DNA from: the human T2T-CHM13v2.0 reference genome, Homo sapiens
DNA length: 64,000 nt
NCBI RefSeq assembly: GCF_009914755.1
Contig: NC_060944.1
Reading direction: 5' to 3' (one strand)
Numbering within the stretch: the stretch's first letter is position 1; each line of letters begins with the position of its first letter. The position numbers were made by a program, and so were the translations under genes. The notes under the pieces were generated by a model. It was not told where the DNA came from, did no database searches, and worked only from the letters and a program-made list of their open reading frames with translations. Shown in pieces: positions 42,085 through 58,794 of the stretch.

Positions 42085-42602
42085 CTGGTACACCAATGTC
42101 ATAGCAGCATTATTCATAATAGCCAAAAAGTGGAAGCAATCCCAATGCCCATCAACAGATGAATGGATAAACAATATATCTACACATACGATGGCATATA
42201 TAATGGAGTAGTATTCAGCTCTATATAGGAATGAAGTACGAATACATTCTACATTATGGATAAACCTTGAAAACATTTTACTAAGTGGAATAAGCCAGAA
42301 ATAAAAGCACAAATGTTACAAATATTGTGTGATTCCAATTCTCTGAGGTACCTAGAATAGGCAAATCCATAGAGAAAGAAACTAGAATATAGGCTACCAA
42401 GGCTGGGAGAAGGGTAGCATGGGGAGTTATTATGTAATGGGGATGGAGCTTTTGTGTTGGATGACAAAAACATTTTGGAGATGGATGGTAGTAATGATTG
42501 CACAACACTGTGAATGTACTTAATGACACTTCATTTGTAAACTTTAAAAAGGGGTTAATTGGTACTTTTACATTATATATATTTTACCACAATATAAAAG
42601 AA
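42085..42602 (+). mobile_element. L1MB-type 3' end
   Basis: catagcagcattattcataatagccaaaaagtgg...atggatggtagtaatgattgcacaacactgtgaatgtacttaatg...attttaccacaat. Confidence 0.88.
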
Positions 42603-42821
42603 GAAACAAACAAAAACACCCAGAAGGAAAGTTTGAAGCATCATTTGGATGTTTCCCTTTTCACGCCTGACTTTGCATTATCTGCAATGATTAAGCCTAT
42701 ATAAATCAGTCTACCATGTCGAAACTGACAATGTGTCAAACATACTGTGGATGCGATGTCCTCACTATTTCTCAGATCTTCAGAATGTCATTTGCCACAG
42801 GCTAGAAAATATAAAAGATGA

Positions 42822-43303
<482 letters not shown>

Positions 43304-44090
43304 CTACAAGCAGAATTCTGGTACACTGTTCATTAAAATGCACTAGTATGGATCAAAGTAGGAAATTTTACCGTTAATTAGTATGAAATGAACTTAACTT
43401 GAAACATCGTAAAGCTGACATGCTATATGTTCTGGGATTTAATCCCATTTTCCCGTGTCTGCAGATTCAGAAATCAAAAATATTATTTTAATAGGATTCT
43501 GAAACTCAACTCTACTGGGGTGACAGAGAAATACCCTGCAAGTAATAAACAAAAGGCAACGCTCATAATCATCTTTCTTGAATATTGGAAAACATACTGG
43601 AAAAATAGATAATTATTCTGGGAAAATGTGTGTTAATTATGAAAAAATTAAAAAAGAAAACAGTCTCATTTTCTTTTGAAATATAAAGTAAAACATTTTA
43701 TTTGAACCTATTTAGCCAAATTTACATTTTAAACATTAGAATTAGTTTTCTGCCAATATTATTAAGAAAATAAAAAAGGATTACAAACTGGATGCATCAT
43801 TTATTTTACCAGAAAAGACACTTGGTCTCAGTTGAACAATTTGCCAATTCAAGATGGGGTTAGAGGGGGAGTCAGACTTTTACCTTTTTCCATGAGTGGT
43901 TAAACGTGGACAATTTCTTGGGCATCACACAGACAATTAAAACACAAGTTAAATTCATACCTTTATTAGGGTTTGATTTATGGTAAAAATATTGTTATGG
44001 TGGCATCATTTGCAGATCTGATAAAATGTTAGTGATTGCGCACTGGTGCACAGTCAGTTGATGAATTCATGGCATTTCATGTTTGTTTCA

Positions 44091-45220
44091 TTTTTTTGTT
44101 TGTTTTAGTCTCTTATTTTTTTTTATTATACTTTAAGTTTTAGCGTACATGTGCACAATGTGCAGGTTTGTTACATATGTATACATGTGCCATGCTGGTG
44201 TGCTGCACCCATTAAGTCATCATTTAGCATTAGGTATATCTCCCAATGCTGTCCCTCCCCCCTCCCCCCACCCCACAACAGTCCCCAGAGTGTGATGTTC
44301 CCCTTCCTGTGTCCATGTGTTCTCATTGTTCAATTCCCATCTATGAGTGAGAACATGCGGTGTTTGGTTTTTTGTCCTTGCGATCGTTTACTGAGAATGA
44401 TGATTTCCAATTTCATCCATGTCCCTACAAAGGACATGAACTCATCATTTTTTATGGCTGCATAGTATTCCATGGTGTATATGTGCCACATTTTCTTAAT
44501 CCAGTCTATCATTGTTGGACATTTGGGTTGGTTCTAAGTCTTTGCTATTGTGAATGGTGCCGCAATCAACATACGTGTGCATGTGTCTTTATAGCAGCAT
44601 GATTTATAGTCCTTTGGGTATATACCCAGTAATGGGATGGCTGGGTCAAATGGTATTTCTAGTTCTAGATCCCTGAGGAATCGCCACACTGACTTCCACA
44701 ATGGTTGAACTAGTTTACAGTCCCACCAACAGTGTAAAAGTGTTCCTATTTCTCCACATCCTCTCCAGCACCTCTTGTTTCCTGACTTTTTAATGATTGC
44801 CATTCTAACTGGTGTGAGATGGTATCTCATTTGTGGTTTTGATTTGCATTTCTCTGATGGCCAGTGACGGTGAGCATTTTTTCATGTGTCTGTTGGCTGC
44901 ATAAATGTCTTCTTTTGAGAAGTGTCTGTTCATATCCTTTGCCCACTTTTTGATGGGGTTGTTTGTTTTTTTCTTGTAAATTTGTTTGAGTTCATTGTAG
45001 ATTCTGGATATTAGCCCTTTGTCAGATGAGTAGGTTGTGAAAATTTTCTCCCATTTTGTAGGTTGCCTGTTCACTCTGAAGGTAGTTTCTTTTGCTGTGC
45101 AGAAGCTCTTGAGTTTAATTAGATCCCATTTGTCAATTTTGGCTTTTGTTGCCATTGCTTTTTGTGTTTTAGACATGAAGTCCTTGCCTATGCCTGTGTC
45201 CTGAATGGTAATGCCTAGGT
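44091..45220 (-). mobile_element. 5'-truncated young L1 (L1PA2/L1PA3-like), ~1.1 kb
   Basis: ORF2 C-terminus ([18 protein letters not shown]; [18 protein letters not shown]); atgatttccaatttc; TSD CATGTTTGTTTCA (44078-44090 / 45221-45233). Confidence 0.96.
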
Positions 45221-46019
45221 CATGTTTGTTTCATTTGTGGGTAGATACTAACTTGTTTTGGCTCCCTTTGACTACTAGATTCAATTTATCTACATTATCC
45301 AGAAAGGCTAAAAGGCAGGATGCATAGAAACCTTTTCCCATTCGCAAACAGGCCAGAATGTTTGAGAAAAGATGAAAAGCAAAGTAAATTTTCTATAAAA
45401 TACCCTTTGGGTTTTTTTCTAAAGTAAACCCTTTCTAGGTTCTAGTCAGGTGGAACATGCCTGCTGATCTGAAATTTTTCACTTCTAAATACTGTTCATA
45501 AATTATGTGATTGAGGAGTTTACTGATATTTGATCCAGTCTTTTCATGTAAAATAGTTGCTTTTAAAACTGCCAACCACTAAACATGCAGTGCTAGGTAC
45601 AAATAATTTTTGAATAACAGGCCTCATAGGGAATTATGGCAAGAATGCTTCAACTGATGAAATGCTAGCTACATTTTTTTAAAAGGGCTTAGAAAAATTA
45701 TGGGCGATGAGGTGGTGCTACTCAACTGTAGAAACAACCATGGGCTGAACTCATAGATGATTGATTCTGCTATGGTCTTAATCTTGGTGTAAGTTTATAT
45801 AGGAAATAATTAGATATATTGGAGAGATCTAAAAGTTATGTGGCCTAAGCAGAAGGAAGACAAGATTTTTCTGCATTGGAAAGGGCAGTATATGAATCAG
45901 CTGACTTTCATGGGCATCTTTTATCCATCAATCAACTCAATTTTAATGAGCAAATAGAAGCAGTATCTTACAACAGGAAAAAAAACAGGCATGACTGAAA
46001 TCCTAAGTCTAGGTTTCAG

Positions 46020-46300
46020 AGGCAGTATCGAGTTGCAGTTAAGGGCCTAAAGTGTAAAGCTTAACTTCTTTGGGTTGAAACTCAACTCTATTTCTTTCTG
46101 ACGACTATGTGATCTGGTCAAGCTATTTAAAATTTCTGAGCATCTATTTCTTCAAATATAAAATACAAATGATGACAAGTCTACTCCTCTACTCTAGAAA
46201 AATATAGGGTTTTCATAAGGAATAAATGAGTGAGTATATTGAAATACCTTAGGGTAATGCTTTCACAGTGTACATACGCAGTAAGTGTTAGGTATTCCTA
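46020..46300. mobile_element. MIR
   Basis: gaggcagtat..gcagttaag...ctatgtgatctggtcaagctatttaa...aaatgagtgagtatattgaaatacc. Confidence 0.75.
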
Positions 46301-46571
46301 GGATTGCACTTGTGTCAGTCATTGATGACCAATTCAAATTTTTACTTCTCTGACCCTTAGTTTTTCCTTCTAGAAAGTTAGAAGGATGAAATGGATCCAT
46401 GGGTTCCAAATGTATTTTAGGCATGAACTCTTTTCTTGAACAGCTCTTCTTGTGCACTCATCGTGTACATAAAACAGATGACACGCAGGTTGTCCTGGCA
46501 GAAGCAGACACCAGGGTCAAGAGCACTGGTGGCTTCTCATACTCCCTGTCAAAAGGTCACTGAAGGGTTTT

Positions 46572-46868
46572 GGCTGGACGCGGTGGCTCACGCCTCACTT
46601 TGGGAGGCCGAGATGGGTGGATCACTGGAGGTCAGGAGTTAGAGACCAGCCTGGCCAATATGGTGAAACCCCGTCTCTAATAAAAAAATACAAAAATTAG
46701 CCGGGAATGGTGGCAGGCACCTGTAATCCCAGCTATTCAGGAGGCTGAGGCAGGAGAATCGCTTGAACCTGGGAGACAGAGGTTTCAGTGAGCCGAGATT
46801 CCGCTACTGCACTCTAGCCTGGGAGACAGAACAAAACTCTGTCTCAAAAAAAAAAAAAAAAAAAAAAA
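46572..46868 (+). mobile_element. AluS (Sx/Sz-like) with a 10-bp deletion in the left arm
   Basis: cacgcct|cactttggg lacks gtaatcccag; TSD aaa(g/a)gtcactga(a/g)ggg. Confidence 0.95.
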
Positions 46869-47213
46869 GTCACTGAGGGGATTCTAAAGAATTCTACGGC
46901 TCCATGGAGTGTGGAATTGTTTTCAAAACCCTGATTTTAAGGACATACTTGATTGTTAGCTTTTAGCTGGCTTTATAGTCTTAGGTAAATTACCCGTTTA
47001 TCTGAACCTCAGATTCCACATCTGTAAAATCAAAGTAGAAATGAAGAATGACTTGGGAAATGGAGTAGAAAATGTAGAGTGCTTAGCTCCAAGCCCGACC
47101 CTGAGAAATCGTAGTTCAATAAATACAAGCTAAAAACATCACCACAAGAAAGAAGGTAGTAAATATGATGTTCAAGCAGCTCTCTGATGAGAATGAGGTA
47201 ATTTGAAGTGTGA

Positions 47214-47696
<483 letters not shown>

Positions 47697-48290
47697 AGCT
47701 GAGATATTTGTTCTATCTCCACTTTAACCTCTGGCTTTCCATGTCTTCCCCTTACATGGGGGCCTTGGGGTATATAATAGGGCAGAGCTGGGTTAAATAA
47801 TTGATTTTTAAAATTCTAGTTTTTTTAGCTTAAGGATTGAACTCCTAAATTTAATAACTCTACTGGTCCCTCTCTTTTCTCCAAAAGGTTTCAGGTTTCT
47901 GTGGTGTTGTTTGAAGGGAACTGGGGTTGACAAATTATTGCATAATACACTCTTAGGAGAACGATCTTCTTGGGAATCATGATATCAGTATGTTTGAGAT
48001 AAGATCTTGTTCTCTTTATAAGGATTCATCATTTCCCAACTTGCCATACCAATGCTTGCCTTCTTTCTAGTGATCCCAGGACTCAGTGGTCACTATTACT
48101 AAAGTGCAAGGTGCACTCCTGAAGAAGTAATCATAGCAGTGGGTAAATAGATGGAGAGATGAACAAAGAGATAAGGTACAGAGAGAATAAGGCTGCATGC
48201 ATAATCACAGCTGCTCTTCATAAATAGTTTGGCTGCAGTGTGTAACAATAAAAAGTGAGCCTTTTTCATATGATCTTCCAGTGTTTTTCT

Positions 48291-48470
48291 CTTTAGATTA
48301 TAATCTCTTAGATTTACAAGATACTATATTTATATAATCTAGATTACAATGAATTAGACTGTAATTAATATAACCAAAATTTTAGATTACAATTAACATA
48401 ATCTAATCTCTTATATTAATCTAAGAGATTATAATCTTAAGATTATTAGTATGATATCTTTAGATTATAA
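48291..48470. repeat. AT-rich array of direct and inverted AGATTATAATCT-related units
   Basis: 48295-48314 is the exact reverse complement of 48418-48437; ctttagattataa at both ends. Confidence 0.85.
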
Positions 48471-49756
48471 ACTCCTAGAGGACAGGTATAATGTCTTATT
48501 TTTCTCTTTATGCAAATTTAATAAATTTTTATTAAGCATCTTCTAAAACGCATAGAACTGTGTAAGGTGATAAATACTTGCTCAATGTACACATAAAAAG
48601 GAAAATAATACAATGAAATAATATTTGAAAAATACTGCCAAAACTTTATCTTTTATTTTTTCAATTTAAATGTGAAATGTTTGTTTTCAGATCGTTGTGG
48701 CAAAGATCGATGTAAAGTAGCTACCAGTTAAGTTTTAAATGATAGGTTTTACATAAAAACATAAAAATAAAAACCATTCATTTTACCTTTCATTCCGTGC
48801 TTCAATTCCATGAAAACCCTCCCTACAGATTTCGAATGTGAAGAGTTCAATTTCACATTGCTTCTAGATTCCCACTGGTGGCTTTTCTCACTCTTAAATG
48901 GTTCTTCACATTGATGTTCACAGTCATTGTCTCAGACATTGAAGATGAAGTGTGTTTGTGATGGAAAAAAAAAATTCTTTAAGCTACCTGGAAATAGTGC
49001 CTCTATTTATGTTTAAATACAAAGTAAGGGTTGATCTTCTCGCTGGTGAAGTGTTTACATTGATGTTTGGAGAGGCATCCTCCCCTACGGAAGCATTCGA
49101 GTACTGACGATAGGCCTTTCGGCATTGACACCGCTGGGTGTAAGATTCAGATGAGTTCAGTCCAGCTAATGAAGAGGTGTTATTATTTCTTATATTCTTT
49201 CCTTGGCTTTCTTTTTTAATTTGGAGAGGCACAGTTAAGTTTTGTTTAGGACAGTATTACGATTACATGTAATCAAAATGTGATTCCACTCATGTAATCA
49301 AAATTATGTGAATAATTGGATTACTCATGTAAGAAATCCAATATAGGCATTTCATATAAATCATGTCATTTAATACTCACAACAACTTGAAAAGTTAGAT
49401 AATATTACTCCCATTTTATAAAAGAGCTAACCAAGATTCAGAGGCATTAAATAAATTTTTAAGGACACACAGTATGAACACAGATATGTCTGTTTAGAGG
49501 GTTTATGCTTAGCAATTATAATAGACTTCAAAACATATTTACAAAATGCCATCTTGTTTCTTGACAATGAGGTAGGTTTTGAAACAGAAGCTGCAATGTA
49601 TTGATCCTTCCAAAGGAGGGAAAACCAATACCTTAAGTAAATAATCCAACACGTATTCAATGAACAACATTGAATTCCCATAACCTAATATGATGATAGG
49701 TTCTGGGATGAAATGGTGGGAAAAAAAAAGACATTCACAGAGTTTATACTGTAGAC

Positions 49757-49975
49757 CAAGGGTCAGCAAACTGTGGCCCAATTGTCAAATCTGGGCAATG
49801 ACTTGTTTTTGTAAGTAAAATTTTAGTGGAACACAGCCATACCATTTTTTTTTTGTTTTACACATTGTCTATGGATGCTTTTGCACTGCAACAGCAGAGT
49901 TCCATTTAACAGAGGTTGTATGGTGTGCAAAGCCAAAAATATCTGCAGACCTCTAGTCTCATTTGCTGACTTCTA
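49757..49975 (+). mobile_element. MER58A-like hAT-Charlie MITE
   Basis: caagggtcagcaaactgtggccca...ttttagtggaacacagccat...tttgctgacttct. Confidence 0.85.
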
Positions 49976-50878
49976 TTCTAGAGCAATAGCCAGACATCTG
50001 GGGGAAAGCCAGAGCTTTCTGGGCGAAATGGCATCTGAGATTTCATGTGGATACAAAATCTCCAGGAGTAGCAGGGATTGGGAAGGAGGGGACAGCAAAG
50101 GGTTAAGTATACTTGAGGCTTTGAAGCCCCTTATGAGAAATCCAAGGGTAAAAAAGAATAGTTCTTTAGAGGATCTGAAATATTCAGTGGAAACATAGGA
50201 TGAATACCCAACGTCTCAGCTCAGGAATCTTGGTATTTCTAGTTACTTCTACATATAAGGGTAGGGTTATCTCACCACCACTAATCCCCACATGTTCAAG
50301 ACAAACCCCATTTTGGACTTCCATGAGTTCTGGAACGTCGTAAAGGACATACTCAGGACTGTCAGACTGGTATTGAGTGAAGGCAGGATAAGTCTGGCGC
50401 TGGCAGAGTCTCCATCCTATGCCAACAGCAGGAGGAAGTGGGCCACACCTGAGTGCACGTGATAGATGTGAGGTTCTTGCTCCAGTGAAGCTCCTGGGCA
50501 TTTCAGCAGAGAGTCTTTAGATTCAGTCAGTCAGTACTTGGTTGGTAGTGTGGGCTGCCTCCCAGGGAATACATCCCAGGACCCAATCCCAACCCACTTG
50601 CTCAGCCCTCATCCACCCAAATGTTTGCAGCTTATGCATCCAAATCTCTCTTGCCATGCCTCAATTTATTTTTTATTATACTTTAAGTTCTAGGGTACAT
50701 GTGCACAGTGTGCAGATTTGTTACATGTGTACACATGTGCCATGTTGGTGTGCTGCACCCATTAACTAGTCATTTACATTATGTATATCTCCTAATGCTA
50801 TCCCTCCTCCCTCCCCGCACCCAACCACAGGCCCCAGTGTGTGATATTCCCCATCCTGTGTCCAAGTGTTCTCATTGT

Positions 50879-54700
<3,822 letters not shown>

Positions 54701-54760
54701 GATTTTAACTGGTTGTTTTGCTCATTAGTTGATGCAGTTTCTTCCTGGCATCGATGATCT

Positions 54761-55050
54761 TTACAATTTGGCATGTTTTTTCAGTGGCTGGTACCGGTTT
54801 TTCCTCTCCATGTTTAGTGCTTCCTTCAGGAGCTCTTGTAAGGCAGGACTGGTGGTGACAAAATCTCTCAGCATTTGCTTGTCTGTAAAGTATTTTATTT
54901 CTCCTTCACTTATGAGGCTTAGTTTGGCTGGATATGAAATTCTGGGTTGAAAATTCTTTTCTTTAAGAATGTTGAATATTGGCCCCCACACTCTTCTTGT
55001 AGAGTTTCTGCCAAGAGATCCGCTGTTAGTCTAATGGGCTTCCCTTTGTG
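54761..55050 (-). pseudogene. L1 ORF1p C-terminal remnant
   Basis: WGPIFNILKEKNFQPRISYPAKLS...MLRDFVTTSPALQELLKEALNMER..HAKL*. Confidence 0.95.
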
Positions 55051-55534
55051 GGCAATCTAATCTGTTAGTCTAATGAGCAATCATGCCTGGACTGTTTATT
55101 CTTTTTATTTCCTTTTAGAGAGACTTCAACTGTTCATTAAACAAGAGCTGGAATCACTGAGAGACAGTATAGTGAATACAAGTAGGAATTCTGATGCCAG
55201 ATTTTCCAAGTTCAAAGCTAAAAGCTGTGTGATGTTGAGGAAGGTTGTTGTGTTTCTCAGGGTTTAGCCATTGTATACTTGAAGTGAAGAAGTGAACTTG
55301 ATGTTCTGCCTCACTGAGTTGTTTCCCTCATTGAGGAGCAGTGGTGTTACTACTGTTAGAACTTTGCTCACAGCAAATGCTGTATATGTGGGAGTTATGG
55401 TTATCATATCATTGACTTAAAACCCAGTTCCCCTTTCCTAGAGGGCAGGGTTTCCCTACAAAGGGTTAGGGAAACCATTGGTCTTCTATATCAATATATC
55501 TATATTGGGTATAGAGAGAAATGTGAGGAGTAGA

Positions 55535-55742
55535 CAGGGCAAGGTCTAGGGTACCTCACTCTCCTTGGAACCACTTTTTGAGGGTACATAAAAAGCAAGA
55601 CTCAAGACAGATAACACTCAATGAAATATTGTTAGAAACAAAAAGTATTGCAAAAATCTATGATGAACAAAATATCAAACATTTAAATTAAGAAATGCTA
55701 TGTTGAGCTACAAACGTACTGGAGACAAAAGGAAAATCATAA
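55535..55742 (+). mobile_element. MER96B-like hAT MITE, one arm plus centre only
   Basis: cagggcaaggtctagggt...gcaaaaatctatgatgaacaaaatatcaaa...gacaaaaggaaaatca; consensus recalled from memory. Confidence 0.65.
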
Positions 55743-57344
55743 CGTGAATAGAGGTGTCCTCCCTCTGCACCAATATAGCATGAAAAGGAAAATAAAATAG
55801 CAAAATGTCCAGATCACAGCACACTGAATATCCATGACATGGTGCCGCCTGGAATGAAGACTGTGAAGAAGAGAACAGGGAGTGATAAAAGCAGAGGGGG
55901 AGCTGCTGTTTGATCTGGCTTGTTAAAGATTATAAGCTTTATCCCCACAGCAAAAGGGATCCTTGAAGGGTTTTAAGCTGGGAAGTGGCATAATCTGATC
56001 CTCATGGCATATAAATCAGAGAAGTTCAAATCTGTAGATTCTAAACCATACAGGGTAACAAATAGCCTCTTGAAATTAAAAAAAAAAGCAAGTGGTTTAA
56101 ATAAACTAAGTAAATCTACATGTATTGTCTAATGAATAAATTTTTAGATTAGACAGGCATAGATGTAATTATTTTCAACATTAGCTGGGGGGGGGAAAGA
56201 AAGTTGATTCAAACAAGCTTTATTTTTGAAACTCCTCAACTTTGATAACTGCAAATTTTATGAGCACCCCTGCTTGAATACTTGTGACTAAGATTGAAAA
56301 AAAAGCTATTAAAAGTATTCCTGGATGATGCTAAGTCAGTGTACATTTCAGGATGATATTTTTGGCAAGAAAGGATCCATGATATGTAGTCTCTCTTTGT
56401 TGTAGTTTGAAATTACCTGATGGTAATTCTTTAAATTTTTCATTTAGAATGGAAGGTTAATAGTTATCCTGCACAGTTCTTGCAAAGTGAAAATGAGATT
56501 GGAAAGTTAAAATGTAATTAATTTACTTTCCTATTATCCCTTTCGCTGGAGGAATATTCATGCATTCTGAACAGATAAGTTTTAAAAGAGGCACTAAATT
56601 GTAAGTGTTCACACTTGGATTCAGTTTAAAAGTTAAAAGCTTTCAGGCCAAATAAATTAGACAAGCATGCAAGATGAACCTCCACTTTAACATTAATGAG
56701 TAAGTGTCTACCTTTCACATCACTGTGTCTGTAGTTTCAGTATGAACACCAAAGATGTTTTCAAAAGTTGCCATGGAGTTATATTGATATTTATTTTGTG
56801 AATAAATTATTTTAAGTTCTATCTGTTGAAATGCCAACTATGGCCTTTCAAAATGAAGAGAAGTCCAGCTGTGTTTTGGTGACTTGACACGGAAGATGAT
56901 TCTGCAACTTGCTTGTCACCTCTTCAGCTTGCTGTTGCATTATATTTCATGTACGTTTTCCCTGGTTGCCAGCAACAGAAATGATATAGAAAAATATAGC
57001 TAAGTCCCTAAGATCCAAAGAAAGGACAAAAACAAATAATGAAGTTGTCTAGGAGGATCCAGCCAATTAATTCATCACTGTGCTATCTAAAGATAACTTT
57101 GCAGGATCCATGAGATTAAAAGGTGAGCTGTATTTAATTTTCCTTTGCTTTCTAATTCATTTACAGCATATACAGGTGCCATTCATGGGTGAAATGATGG
57201 TAGGATTTCTACCTGAAGACTCCATTTATAAATTCCTCATAATTGTTTTTGCTGTTTTTTATATTATCAGATTTTTCTAGAATATAAAAATAGCATGTTG
57301 CATTCAAAACACTGAAGGAATTAAAGAGACAATGATTGTTTTTC

Positions 57345-57740
57345 TGATTTATGTATTCTTTCAACAAATATGAGTTGATGGCTTAACTGTGTACCAGATA
57401 CTGTGTCTGAGAACACTGCAGAAGTCAGACAGATGTGGATGAATGAGAGAATGCAGAGGATAAACAATAAAGTGGTTGTAAGAAAAAGATAGGTTTAGAA
57501 GGTTATGGGCACTACAAAAATAAAAAAAAAACAAAACAACACAAAACAGAGTGATGCTCCGGAAAGTAATACAAGTAGAGAAGTGGCACTAATTTAGGAA
57601 GTTCTAAGAAGGCATTTTTAAGGAACTGGCATTTGAACTGAGTCCTGAACGAAGTCCTGAGGGAAGCAGTTATGCAAATATCTGGGAAAGAACATCCCAA
57701 GCAAAGGAAACCAAAGGCTGTGAAGCATGAGCAAGTATTG
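57345..57740 (-). mobile_element. L2 3' fragment
   Basis: attctttcaacaaatatgagttga...tgtgtaccagatactgtg...catttgaactgagtcctgaa...atctgggaaagaacatccca. Confidence 0.75.
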
Positions 57741-58322
57741 AGCTTCCATCACTGAGCCTAGCATATCGTGGACGATCAGGTTTGAAAGGGAGGTTGCAAA
57801 CCGGCTAAGGGAGCAACTACCATCCTTGAGATGTTACTTTTCCCCTTACCGCATCCTCTGCTCAACTGAGAACACTCATATCTTAGGACAAAATCAGGTC
57901 TTGAATTGTGCCTGCACAGTGGTCCTAGGGGAAGTAGAGAACAATTTAGGGAATTCTAGCAAGGATACCTCCAACTTTCAACTCACAATTCTACGTATTG
58001 TCAGTTAAATTCAACTCACAGCTCTATGTATTGTCAATCAAATTCAAAACCATTAGATCTGAAATCTGAAGTCTGCAAATTATTTTGTTTAATCTTGTTT
58101 TGGCAGGGTAGTAAAGCATTTTGTAGTAATTTTAATGTCTTAATTTTTTTCTATGGATTTTCTTCTCAAATATCCCTAAATTTATGTGATTGTAGTTATA
58201 AATTGTAACTAGTATCAGTAGAAAATTAATTCAGAAGACAATCTTTCACATTTTAGTAAAATTTATACACCCTTAATAATTTATTATGAAGTTGGTAAGA
58301 CCTGTTTTAAAAGTTTTATATC

Positions 58323-58627
<305 letters not shown>

Positions 58628-58794
58628 GTTTTACATCTTGTGGCATTGTCAATATATCTATATTTGATATGTTTAATGTGGTTAGAGATCATGACGTGTT
58701 TTCTTTATCCCTCCTAAATACCATTTCACACATAAACATCTGCAATTGGAAAAGCGATTGGAAAAGGGATAAACCTGCTGGGTATTTGCATCAC

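Noticed and set aside
48681-48730. ttgttttcag|ATCGTTGTGGCAAAGATCGAT (IVVAKID, thioredoxin/PDI-like peptide)
   Set aside because: Only 7-9 residues before a stop, no convincing donor and no neighbouring exons
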